IMG/VR virus record: IMGVR_UViG_3300002307_000018 | Span: 200,638 to 264,637 of that record | Reading direction: 5' to 3' (one strand) | Source of the DNA: a virus | Lineage: Duplodnaviria; Caudoviricetes | DNA length: 64,000 nt | Shown here: positions 32,354-41,517 of the stretch, piece after piece | Layout of the letters: each line of letters begins with the position of its first letter | Position numbering within the stretch: position 1 is the stretch's first letter | Made by a program: the position numbers and the translations under genes | The notes under the pieces: generated by a model | Told to the model about the DNA's origin: nothing | Databases searched by the model: none | What the model saw: the letters and a program-made list of their open reading frames with translations, nothing else

Positions 32354-33858
32354 AGTTTTGCCAGTTGATCAAAATAATCAGTATATCTAGCCAAATTTAA
32401 ACTTTTAAGTTCAACCCAGTCAATATCTTTGATTGGCGTCTTTAACAAAAACTCTTTACTGTAACCAAGAGACATCATTGTACCCAAATTCCATATACTG
32501 ATCTTTCTATAATTGGTTGTTTTGTTATGTGTAAAAATTTGCTGAGTTACTGCCATGGCTCGTTTCTCAGTCCAAGTTTCGTTGCTCCATCTATTTTGTT
32601 CATCAAACGAAAAACCATACTTACTTGCGTTCTTATCAAACTCACTTTGTATTGTGTATTTGGTATTTTTATTGTTGTTTCCGAACAATCCCAGTTTATG
32701 AAACACCACTGTGTATAGATCATTGTCTTGTACCCATCGCTGAGTATTCCACAAATCTTGCTCTGTTTCTTTGGGTAAACCAACAATGAAACTCAATGTC
32801 ATTGGAATCTTAGATTCCCATAGATCATGATATAGCTTTGGTATATACTCTCTTGCATGTTTTCCCGACCATGCTTTACCTACTAGATTACTAGCGTATG
32901 GGTGTAAACTTTCTAAACCGTGAAATGCTCCAAACAATCCGCTGTCTTTGAGCAAGTAAGCAGTGTCTGGAAATCTGTCAATCAAGTCTGCACGTAAGTA
33001 CGCACTATATGTAATTTTAAATGGTAAACTTTGAACCATGTCATTGAATGCTCTAAGCTTTATTTCGGTGTCATTGAACGTATCATCTAGTATCATGTAG
33101 TTGTTGGTACCAAACTTGGCATAGTTATCTAGCATTTCTTCTTTGATATATTCCATGCCACGAATGTAATCTAACTTACCCTTGCCTAAGTGAGGGTACT
33201 GACAGAATCTGCAAGCAAAGATACAGCCACGACTGATATCTAATGGCAAGGGTTCATTTTTCAAAACAACATCACTTTCATTCCATTTGAAATCATCGTG
33301 TTCGATATTGTACTTGGGATTTCTAGCAGTGTCGTACATCATTCTGAACTTGGGATTTTCTATTGAGTTTAACCCATAGTAATTAGTATGCAACTTGCCT
33401 AGTGGTAGTTGAGTTCCTTTTTTATAATGATCTAGATACTCTAAGAAGATATCCTCACACGCATTGGTATAACTCATAACAGTAGCGTGTGGTATACCGC
33501 CCATGTACAAGTGATCAGAGCCGTATCCTCCTATTACAAACTTTATATTGGGATACTCTCGCTTAATTCTAAGACCCACATCAATGATATGCTTAGGAAA
33601 CGAAGATAATCTACCATCAGGCCACTTGTGCATCTTGAATGCCATGAACGTAGCTGATACACCTATTACTGTGGTGTCACTCGTGATAAATTTCTTAGTG
33701 TACGTATACAGTTGCTCTTCGGACATATGAACAATAAAGTCAATGACTTGAGCACTATAGCCGTGCTTACGAATCCAGTGAGCAAGTTTATAGGGACCAA
33801 TGTATCTAGTAAAATAGTTCCAATCTTGTGGGTCTGAATTCCAAAAAATAACGTCCAA
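32350..33858 (-). CDS. B12-binding-domain radical SAM protein
   Basis: N-terminal GPYKLAHWIRKHGYSAQVID/IGGY, SRGCIFACRFC, LDDTFND, GLES, FIVGLP.ET. Confidence 0.85.
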   Translation of the reverse strand: MDVIFWNSDPQDWNYFTRYIGPYKLAHWIRKHGYSAQVIDFIVHMSEEQLYTYTKKFITSDTTVIGVSATFMAFKMHKWPDGRLSSFPKHIIDVGLRIKREYPNIKFVIGGYGSDHLYMGGIPHATVMSYTNACEDIFLEYLDHYKKGTQLPLGKLHTNYYGLNSIENPKFRMMYDTARNPKYNIEHDDFKWNESDVVLKNEPLPLDISRGCIFACRFCQYPHLGKGKLDYIRGMEYIKEEMLDNYAKFGTNNYMILDDTFNDTEIKLRAFNDMVQSLPFKITYSAYLRADLIDRFPDTAYLLKDSGLFGAFHGLESLHPYASNLVGKAWSGKHAREYIPKLYHDLWESKIPMTLSFIVGLPKETEQDLWNTQRWVQDNDLYTVVFHKLGLFGNNNKNTKYTIQSEFDKNASKYGFSFDEQNRWSNETWTEKRAMAVTQQIFTHNKTTNYRKISIWNLGTMMSLGYSKEFLLKTPIKDIDWVELKSLNLARYTDYFDQLAKL

Positions 33859-33933
33859 CTTATTGTCTCCAAGTAAAAATATTTATCACTAGCTGTAATC
33901 TTTTATAAATATTAGCACACATAAGGTTAAGCA

Positions 33934-34884
33934 ATGTATATCACGCATGAAAATCATTTCAAATTTGGATGGGGAAGTGGTCTTTATAACTTTGAAGATC
34001 AGACCGAAGAGTACTGGGCCAAATTTGGTCGTGCTGCTTATATACCAATCTCATTTAGAGCAGAGTGTATCAGAGCAGCCGAACTAATCGGTAAGCACAG
34101 TGAGAGTCCCATTATGATTTGTTTTAGTGGGGGTCTAAGCAGCGAGATAGTTGTAAAATCTTTTCTAGAAGCGGAAGTTCCATTTGAAGTAGTGATTATG
34201 AAACTTAACTTTGACAACGAAGATAATATCAACTACTATGATACCAAGTACGCAGTTGATTTTTGTCGTGATCACGACATTAACGTTAACTATATAACTG
34301 TTGATCTGATTGATTTTTTCAGAAACGTGTTGCCTGATTTAGCTCGACACTATAAAACTAATAACTGGGAAACATTGTTACACATACAAATGATTAAACA
34401 ATTTCCCAAACATCATCTTGTTATGGGCGGCGGAGATATGAATCTACGTCGTCATCGTAATTACGGCCGTAACAAACTTGAAGGACTATTCATCGAAGAA
34501 GAATTGGTCTCTATTGCTGCAATCGAAACCGCACGAGAAGTGGGTGCCACCGGAGTGTCCTCTCGCTTCTTTTTTCATACACCCGAACTAATGCTAGCAT
34601 GGTTACTAGACAATGATGTTAGTCATTGGATCAAGTACGAGGCTGCCGTGTTTAACAAGTTTGTTAATATGAATCACTGGGCCATTAAGCCATATACATT
34701 GTATCGTCATTGGCCCGATTGTGTTATTCGCTCTAAAGTTACGGGAAATGAACGTGCAATGGCTAAGATGAGTCAGTCCAGCGAGCATAGAGACATCAAA
34801 TTATTTTTAGAGAATCTTAACATATACAAACGAGCAGAAGTAATCATTGACTATAAAGACTTAATGTACTGGTTGAATCCGTGA
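33934..34884 (+). CDS. PP-loop protein (variant SGGLSS)
   Basis: ICFSGGLSSEIV; similar to 39064..39984 (FF.TPELM, K.TG.E). Confidence 0.6.
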   Translation: MYITHENHFKFGWGSGLYNFEDQTEEYWAKFGRAAYIPISFRAECIRAAELIGKHSESPIMICFSGGLSSEIVVKSFLEAEVPFEVVIMKLNFDNEDNINYYDTKYAVDFCRDHDINVNYITVDLIDFFRNVLPDLARHYKTNNWETLLHIQMIKQFPKHHLVMGGGDMNLRRHRNYGRNKLEGLFIEEELVSIAAIETAREVGATGVSSRFFFHTPELMLAWLLDNDVSHWIKYEAAVFNKFVNMNHWAIKPYTLYRHWPDCVIRSKVTGNERAMAKMSQSSEHRDIKLFLENLNIYKRAEVIIDYKDLMYWLNP

Positions 34885-35462
34885 TAGTTAACGCAATCAA
34901 TCATCATGACAGTAGTTTGAACCAGCCAATGACTGCACTGATTGACCCTGATGATCATGGTAAATGGGCAGTTAGATATGTTTGGATTCAACACACAGAC
35001 AATACACAGTTCTTATCCAACTACTTTAAAGATGGTAATACCAAAAACGTTAACGTACGTGCAATGACTACTCATATCGGCGGAGACTGGCGATATCATA
35101 ATAAAATATTTGAGTTAGGTGCCAAGAATGGAGACTTAGTATGGCGTGTTAAAGTGCTAAACACAATTAGCAACAGCATTGACTATATTGAAGTATGGCG
35201 TAACAAGGACTTAATTAACGATTACTTTAACGATCATGATAGCAATAGCGTGTTGACTGATGGATCTATTTGGGTCAGTGCAAGCAAAAAGAACTTGTCA
35301 CGTGAAATTTTCAATACAGGATTCATTACCAGAACTTGGATTCCACCCATGAATATCTCTTGCTTACAAGCTATCAATTACTATACTGATTTTGTTACCA
35401 AGTCATCAAAGCACGACAACTGCATTATTAACACTAAATTCAACTCAACGCTTTATCTTTGA
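34881..35462 (+). CDS. hypothetical protein
   Basis: 193 aa, coupled to both neighbours. Confidence 0.55.
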   Translation: MIVNAINHHDSSLNQPMTALIDPDDHGKWAVRYVWIQHTDNTQFLSNYFKDGNTKNVNVRAMTTHIGGDWRYHNKIFELGAKNGDLVWRVKVLNTISNSIDYIEVWRNKDLINDYFNDHDSNSVLTDGSIWVSASKKNLSREIFNTGFITRTWIPPMNISCLQAINYYTDFVTKSSKHDNCIINTKFNSTLYL

Positions 35463-36328
35463 CAATAAACACACTTATGAAAATTACAAACATATACAGT
35501 AGTTGGGGCAGCTATATTGACTTATCACTTGAAGAATTACTAAGTCATGACCAGCCTTTTTGGCAAAAGTTAATCTTTGAACGTAACATACTGGTGTTCA
35601 GAGGGTTACCAACGAATCTATCAGATGATGCGTTGTTTGATTTAAGCAAGCAATTTGGTAAAGTATGGACAAAAGAGATTTACAAATTACCATTCATTAG
35701 TCGTGGTAATGATAAAACAGTGAATGCTACTGCAGTGAAGCCCGTTAGTCATTTCAAAGCTGGTAATAATTACTTCTCACGTAAGCCAATGCATTATCAT
35801 GCTGATATGGTTCACGTCAATGAGTATAGTTATCCTGGCAGAGCACTGTACATGTTTCAGAATTCATTTGATAAGTCTGGAGTCACTACTTGGCTCAATC
35901 TAGAGTTAGGTTGGGCGCAGTGTACTGAAGAAGAGAAACGCTCATTCGATGGCTATACAGTGATCATGCAGGACATGTACTTAGCTGGCACTAGAATGGA
36001 AAAGTTTCCATTTCTTAAAACTAATCCCAAGACCGGCAAGATAAGTCCATTGGTAAATTGCTGTTATCTAGGTGACCCAGATAAAAATCGTGCATGGATA
36101 CATCACGTAGAAAAAGATGGCGTTGCATTATCGTATGAGGATACGTTAACGTTTGTATACAATGTATATGAACTAATGGAAAGTAAGCCTAACACAATGT
36201 ATGAACATGTCTGGACTGATGGCGATCTAATTGTGTACGATAATTGGTTCAATGTTCACAGACGAACAGTAGTAAATGACTCTGCCGACAGCGAAAGAGT
36301 TTTAAAAAGAACAACTTTTAATTTTTAA
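35459..36328 (+). CDS. TauD/TfdA family dioxygenase
   Basis: HYHAD, HVWTDGDLIVYDNWFNVHRR, RVLKR. Confidence 0.85.
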   Translation: MTINTLMKITNIYSSWGSYIDLSLEELLSHDQPFWQKLIFERNILVFRGLPTNLSDDALFDLSKQFGKVWTKEIYKLPFISRGNDKTVNATAVKPVSHFKAGNNYFSRKPMHYHADMVHVNEYSYPGRALYMFQNSFDKSGVTTWLNLELGWAQCTEEEKRSFDGYTVIMQDMYLAGTRMEKFPFLKTNPKTGKISPLVNCCYLGDPDKNRAWIHHVEKDGVALSYEDTLTFVYNVYELMESKPNTMYEHVWTDGDLIVYDNWFNVHRRTVVNDSADSERVLKRTTFNF

Positions 36329-37081
36329 TCAATCTAACACTGCATCTTTAACATCTGCACGAAACTTCCCGTCAATTCTAACTGAGAATGTTAAACGATT
36401 GACGGGATCAGTTCCATGATAGTCCATTTCATTGAACCAAACAAACTTCTTACTTTGATCAGTATAGTGCTTTTCTTTAGTATCACCATCAAGCACATAG
36501 ATACGCTTATAACGATTGCTGGTAGTGAACCATATGAAATCGTCATTGAGTCTATCAGGCACATCTAGCGAGTCATCATAGTGTGGTATTGTTTCATTAT
36601 TAGGCTCAGTGATAAAGAACATAACACGCCCAATCTCTTCAAAAGGTAGTTGATTGATCAAGCTGACAAGTTGTGGGAAATGAACTGAGTGTGGAGTCCA
36701 GTCGCAGTCTGCTGCTATTGACTTGTTAGACATTCTACGTGCGTCTACTACACGATTCAAACGTAAGAACACAGTCCAGAACGGATGCAGTGCGGGAGTC
36801 ACCAATGATGTATACTTGATGCGCTGCTCTGTATTTGCAGCAGGTATCTTGTTATAGTACTCTAACTCACCACTGGTGAATATCTTGTTACGAGCATAGG
36901 TGGTAATCTCTTTGTCGCTCCACTCACTGTGTACACCAGCACTTACATAGCGTTTGATCCATGGTATCTGCGATAGACCATAGCACGTCTCGTTGTGTAA
37001 TGCTTCCCAGTCTACAGTAGGGCAATACTCGTCTAGATATTTGAACGGGTGTTTGTCTGCACCAAGTCCTTTGATTGTCAT
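36329..37081 (-). CDS. 2OG-Fe(II) oxygenase-like protein
   Basis: GRVMFF..IPHYD..WFNEMDYHG..FSVRIDG. Confidence 0.65.
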   Translation of the reverse strand: MTIKGLGADKHPFKYLDEYCPTVDWEALHNETCYGLSQIPWIKRYVSAGVHSEWSDKEITTYARNKIFTSGELEYYNKIPAANTEQRIKYTSLVTPALHPFWTVFLRLNRVVDARRMSNKSIAADCDWTPHSVHFPQLVSLINQLPFEEIGRVMFFITEPNNETIPHYDDSLDVPDRLNDDFIWFTTSNRYKRIYVLDGDTKEKHYTDQSKKFVWFNEMDYHGTDPVNRLTFSVRIDGKFRADVKDAVLD

Positions 37082-37686
37082 ATATTATCTTTTATGATGT
37101 TGCTAAAGCTAGAGCGTTCTAACGATTCTAGAATAGTTGGCAGTGTGGGATAGTTTCTGAACTTAGTTTGAATAATTATTCTAGGCTCAGTACCGTTACA
37201 TTTGAAACTATGATAGTTGTCTACATCTAGTGCGTATACGTCCCCCACTTCTGTATGAAGTTCTTCTATAAATGGAATTTGCTCGTACTCACGAATACTA
37301 CAATTTCTAGAATAGCCAAGATTATAGGTACTAGTAATACTATTATCTAAGCTGTTGATTAGATCATGATCATACCAACGTACCCAATCATCAGGATTAC
37401 AACTGATTGCAATGTTCAATGCGCTGTTGCACTGTAGTCCGTCTCTATGAATTTTATAGCCATGATCGGGTGAACTGTAAAACGCCTTTTGAATATAGCG
37501 TTGCTTGTCTGGATCAAATTGTACTTCTAATTCCCGATTGGTAAATATCTTGAAGAATGCGTCATTGAGAGTTTTGTCAAAATGAATCCATTGATAGTCA
37601 CTATCGGGTACTTTGCGTTTTAATATTTCATGCTTAAAGTACTCGATTGTTTCTAGTGGTAGTTTGCCAAGTTTTTTATATTTCAT
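37078..37686 (-). CDS. 2OG-Fe(II) oxygenase-like protein
   Basis: IHRDG...LNIAI...DVDNYHSF...RIIIQ. Confidence 0.62.
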   Translation of the reverse strand: MKYKKLGKLPLETIEYFKHEILKRKVPDSDYQWIHFDKTLNDAFFKIFTNRELEVQFDPDKQRYIQKAFYSSPDHGYKIHRDGLQCNSALNIAISCNPDDWVRWYDHDLINSLDNSITSTYNLGYSRNCSIREYEQIPFIEELHTEVGDVYALDVDNYHSFKCNGTEPRIIIQTKFRNYPTLPTILESLERSSFSNIIKDNI

Positions 37687-38495
37687 TTTAGTAGTGGTAA
37701 AAATATTTTGCTGGGATCATACTCCCACCATTTGCCTGATACGCTAGTTCCAAAGTCATAACTACCGGGAGATTGATGATGATTGTTGTGCCAGCCCTGC
37801 CCCCAGCATAGATATCCTAAAAGAAGATTATTATGCGACTGATCCTTGGTTTCAAAGTTGCGATACCCAAACCAACCTTTGATATGTCCATATACATTGA
37901 CCAAGTTGTCTTGTGTAGACCCGATCAGAGTGACTAACCAAAATGCACACAATGCCAGCTTCCAATCAAACAGTGCTACAAGTGCCGGAACACCCCATAA
38001 AATATGCAGTGAGTGCTTGTGAAACCATACATGATTTGGCTTGCGTAGTAAATCAACTGCGTACTTGAAGTTGACTGTGTTATTAGACTCGGTGACTTTA
38101 AGATACCAACCTACAAACGCATTGAATTTACCATAGTACACAGGTGAGTGCAAGTCTTGTGCTTTATCGCTGTGTGGGTGATGATAGCCACGATGTAGTG
38201 CTACCCAGAAGATTGATCCGCCCTGACCTGCAAACGTAGCAAAGAAAAGAATAATGTTTTCTTTCCATGTGGGTAGAGTGTGCGTCTTATGCGAGAATAC
38301 TCTGTGATAGCCAACAGCAATACCAAGCCCACATACCAGTATCCACATGACGAACGTAGCCCATAGATAGTATACTGGTATAACGCCCATAGCAAGCAAT
38401 ACAATTGCTAGTGTTCCAAAGAGTACTGCTGGTACCCATTGAAAGTAAAATGACTTAGAGATAGTGGTTAGATATTTGTTTAACTGTTCAATCAT
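37683..38495 (-). CDS. fatty acid desaturase (delta-9 type)
   Basis: HRVFSH, HRGYHH, GQGWHNNHH. Confidence 0.92.
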   Translation of the reverse strand: MIEQLNKYLTTISKSFYFQWVPAVLFGTLAIVLLAMGVIPVYYLWATFVMWILVCGLGIAVGYHRVFSHKTHTLPTWKENIILFFATFAGQGGSIFWVALHRGYHHPHSDKAQDLHSPVYYGKFNAFVGWYLKVTESNNTVNFKYAVDLLRKPNHVWFHKHSLHILWGVPALVALFDWKLALCAFWLVTLIGSTQDNLVNVYGHIKGWFGYRNFETKDQSHNNLLLGYLCWGQGWHNNHHQSPGSYDFGTSVSGKWWEYDPSKIFLPLLK

Positions 38496-39064
38496 ATATT
38501 TCCGCCAATTGGAAGAGTAGTTCTGTATTCTTGCTTTAAATAGTTACAACGCACTACTGATGGATCACTGATTAGATAACGTTTGTACAATAGTTCCCAA
38601 GCATTGACATAGTAGCATTTATGCTGCGCTGGTACCGTATATTCATCAAAGTAACCATAGCGTTCATCATTGTATTTACTCCACAAAAATCTACGTAATA
38701 GCTTACTATGATTCTCTTGTACTAGTGTGTAAAACTTTAATCGTCCCGCTGCTTCTTGAACAGAAATGATCTCATCTAATACACGCTTAAGCGTGTGACC
38801 TGCACTGTTTGCACGATACAGTGTCATGTACCAAGCAGGCTCTTCCGTGCTTTCGTAGATTGAAATCATTGATTTGACTTCATCGTTTTCTACGTAACCA
38901 TAAGCGTGAAAGTTCTTTAAATCGCTTAAGTAGTTATTGCAAAATATTTTATACACGTGCGAGTTAAAGTAAGTATCTTCGATTTCCCGCCCCATATACT
39001 TTTTACTCTCAAACAAGTTTCTAACTTGATTAACGTGAGTTTCGTTTAATTTTACTATCGACAT
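38492..39064 (-). CDS. GNAT-like protein
   Basis: IVKLNETH..., HAYGYVENDEVKSMI, PAWYMT; paralog of 27834..28430. Confidence 0.45.
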   Translation of the reverse strand: MSIVKLNETHVNQVRNLFESKKYMGREIEDTYFNSHVYKIFCNNYLSDLKNFHAYGYVENDEVKSMISIYESTEEPAWYMTLYRANSAGHTLKRVLDEIISVQEAAGRLKFYTLVQENHSKLLRRFLWSKYNDERYGYFDEYTVPAQHKCYYVNAWELLYKRYLISDPSVVRCNYLKQEYRTTLPIGGNI

Positions 39065-39984
39065 TAACTTTCCCCGAATAAATGTGCTTGTAGATCATCT
39101 ACGAATATACCGTCTAAGCTAGACTCTAACCGTTTAACATGACTCTTATATAGTTCTGCGTAAGTTTCGCCGTTGAAACCCAGTAGTCTTTCGTAACCAT
39201 GTGTCTTACGCTTTTCCAATAAGTCTGGCATATACTGATGTAGTATGGTGTTTTTTGATGACACTGAGCTTAGCTTGTAGTTGTAGCGTTCACTGAATAA
39301 CCAACGAATTTTTGGATGCTCTAAGTAGTAGCCCATCATTTCAGGTGTATACGAGAACCATTCATTGACCAATGGTATCTCATACTTGTTTGAGAATCGC
39401 ATTGCGCTTGCATCTTCGTTCTCACGTATGCAGTAGTACCAACGACTACCCGCACGATCAACATGACGCTTGAACAACATTTCTCCGCCCATAACAGCCG
39501 GTGTTTGTAACTTGCGAATGTGATGATACACAGTTAAGTATGCCATTTGACGACACTGTATCTCTGATGCAAACTCCCATGCTTGACCACTGTGATAAAA
39601 GTCTTTGACATCAAACTCAATAACATCAATCTTGATGTCCATATCTTGAGCAATCTTTTCTGCCATATACAAATCAGAAATGTTGTAATCATCTTTGAAC
39701 TTTATAAACAGTGCTCGTGGAGTTACACCAATGTGCTTGAATGCTCTAAGAACAATTTCACTGTCAGTACCACCGCTGAACATCACCATAAGGTCTTTAC
39801 CAAATTCTTGATAGATTGCATCAGCAGTACGATACTGTTCGTTTAGCCAATCACTTGTTTTGTAATATGCTTTGTCAATTTGACCGCAAGTAACGTTATA
39901 CTTTTCAATAGGAGTTTCTCTGTATCCATACAGTCGATCTCCGATTGTATATTTTAAATGATTGTTCAGTGTAAAATTGGTCAT
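39064..39984 (-). CDS. PP-loop protein
   Basis: VMFSGGTDSEIV, VMGGE, FSYTPEMM. Confidence 0.65.
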   Translation of the reverse strand: MTNFTLNNHLKYTIGDRLYGYRETPIEKYNVTCGQIDKAYYKTSDWLNEQYRTADAIYQEFGKDLMVMFSGGTDSEIVLRAFKHIGVTPRALFIKFKDDYNISDLYMAEKIAQDMDIKIDVIEFDVKDFYHSGQAWEFASEIQCRQMAYLTVYHHIRKLQTPAVMGGEMLFKRHVDRAGSRWYYCIRENEDASAMRFSNKYEIPLVNEWFSYTPEMMGYYLEHPKIRWLFSERYNYKLSSVSSKNTILHQYMPDLLEKRKTHGYERLLGFNGETYAELYKSHVKRLESSLDGIFVDDLQAHLFGES

Positions 39985-39985
39985 G

Positions 39986-40201
39986 TTACATTACGGCGAT
40001 TAAGTCTCGTACCGTCATTACTGCACGTGAATCGTCCAACTGTACATCATGTTCTTCTTCATAGTATAGTTGCAACTCAACTGCGTCTAAGCTGTCTATA
40101 CCCAAATCTAATAGATTGTCATCTAGATTCAGTGTAAGGTCTTTATCGAACAATGTTTTGATTGCTGCTTCTAAAAATTTAATTTTGTCTTGCTCTGTCA
40201 T
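39986..40201 (-). CDS. acyl carrier protein
   Basis: LLDLGIDSLDAVEL phosphopantetheine motif; acidic, 71 aa. Confidence 0.88.
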   Translation of the reverse strand: MTEQDKIKFLEAAIKTLFDKDLTLNLDDNLLDLGIDSLDAVELQLYYEEEHDVQLDDSRAVMTVRDLIAVM

Positions 40202-40749
40202 TTGTTTTCCTTTGTGTACTCTGCTACCCATTGTGGCGTATAATACACTGTATGTTTACCTATGGGCTTGAATTGCTTATATATATCTGGCCAGTCATTG
40301 AATAATGTAGCACGTTGTCCACGTTGAACTCTTTCAAAGTAATTGTAAATGGCCTTGTTATGATCATTTGCAGTTATCCAAATACGTTCATAGTGCTGTG
40401 CTTCTGTCATCACCTGCGGCAGTATGTGTTTGCCTATGATAAACTGATTGCGATACTCAAGTGCAATGTACATTCTGGATAACACTATTGCTACAGTTGG
40501 ATCAAGATCGTATTCATTCCAACCAAGACTACACATATACTTATCAGCATCGTCAGTGACAACAAAATATTTCCCGTGTCCCTGTCTGAATCTGCCGCTG
40601 TTGAGTACATAAAACAAATTTGCTGAATTGTCGCTGTAGTCTGGATGATAGTTCTTGGCGTATGCTGAGTTATTTGTGCGAGATAAACCGTGTTTAAGTA
40701 CGTCAATCACTGTAGTGTTTGACGTATCGTGGATTTCATGTATCTTCAT
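40198..40749 (-). CDS. GNAT-like hypothetical protein
   Basis: LSRMYIALEYRNQ acetyl-CoA-binding-like motif; coupled to the ACP gene. Confidence 0.45.
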   Translation of the reverse strand: MKIHEIHDTSNTTVIDVLKHGLSRTNNSAYAKNYHPDYSDNSANLFYVLNSGRFRQGHGKYFVVTDDADKYMCSLGWNEYDLDPTVAIVLSRMYIALEYRNQFIIGKHILPQVMTEAQHYERIWITANDHNKAIYNYFERVQRGQRATLFNDWPDIYKQFKPIGKHTVYYTPQWVAEYTKENK

Positions 40750-41420
40750 TTGTTCTGTGCGTAAAAAATGTGATGTCCAATAACAAAAGATTTCTTATAC
40801 GGCCACTGTGGTTTTACCGTGTGGTTGTGAAAGAATAAAATGTTATCTTGAAATTCATCACTCCACTTATCTTCGGTAAGAACCAAATGAGAAATCTCTT
40901 CAGCTATCTTGTATCGTTCGCTAGTAACATCAGGTGATTTTTTACCCTGACATACCCAACTGAATTGACAATGAATGCTTGTCTTATCTGTATTTGGATC
41001 CACTCGTTTAGTGGTTTGATAAATGACTAGACACGGACTAGATGCAAAGCCGCCATGACGCACACGATTCATCACTACTCTAGCAACAGCAACTTGACCC
41101 ATATAGGGTTCGCCACCTGCTTCGTAATAAATGTTATGAGCCATGCACTTGATTTGCTCTTTAAGTGCCTTTAACTTTTTCTCTTCTACCAAAGTAGGAA
41201 GAGGGTCTGGCAATGCGATTGGTTGAATAATTTCAACTGTCTCTGCAACTTTCACTTCGATCTTTGGTATTTCAACTGCAGGCACATTGAATGGTATTTC
41301 ATGTGTTACAGTGGTTACGTTGTATATATCGTTATTATAGTTTGTCAGTGACCCTATTACTAGTAAAGTTGGTATGATCGTGCATAATAAGATTAGTTTT
41401 AGCCTGCTTGATTTAAGCAT
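40746..41420 (-). CDS. cell wall hydrolase, SleB/Hydrolase_2 family
   Basis: CMAHNIYYEAGGE..GQVAVARVVMNR, CQFSW, IGHHIFY; N-terminal anchor. Confidence 0.9.
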   Translation of the reverse strand: MLKSSRLKLILLCTIIPTLLVIGSLTNYNNDIYNVTTVTHEIPFNVPAVEIPKIEVKVAETVEIIQPIALPDPLPTLVEEKKLKALKEQIKCMAHNIYYEAGGEPYMGQVAVARVVMNRVRHGGFASSPCLVIYQTTKRVDPNTDKTSIHCQFSWVCQGKKSPDVTSERYKIAEEISHLVLTEDKWSDEFQDNILFFHNHTVKPQWPYKKSFVIGHHIFYAQNK

Positions 41421-41517
41421 ATTATTCTCCTTTCTTAATACGTGAGCATAACGCACGTTAATAATTTATCATAATTCACTACGCAAAGTATGACTCTTTT
41501 TCTAACGGCTGTTATGC

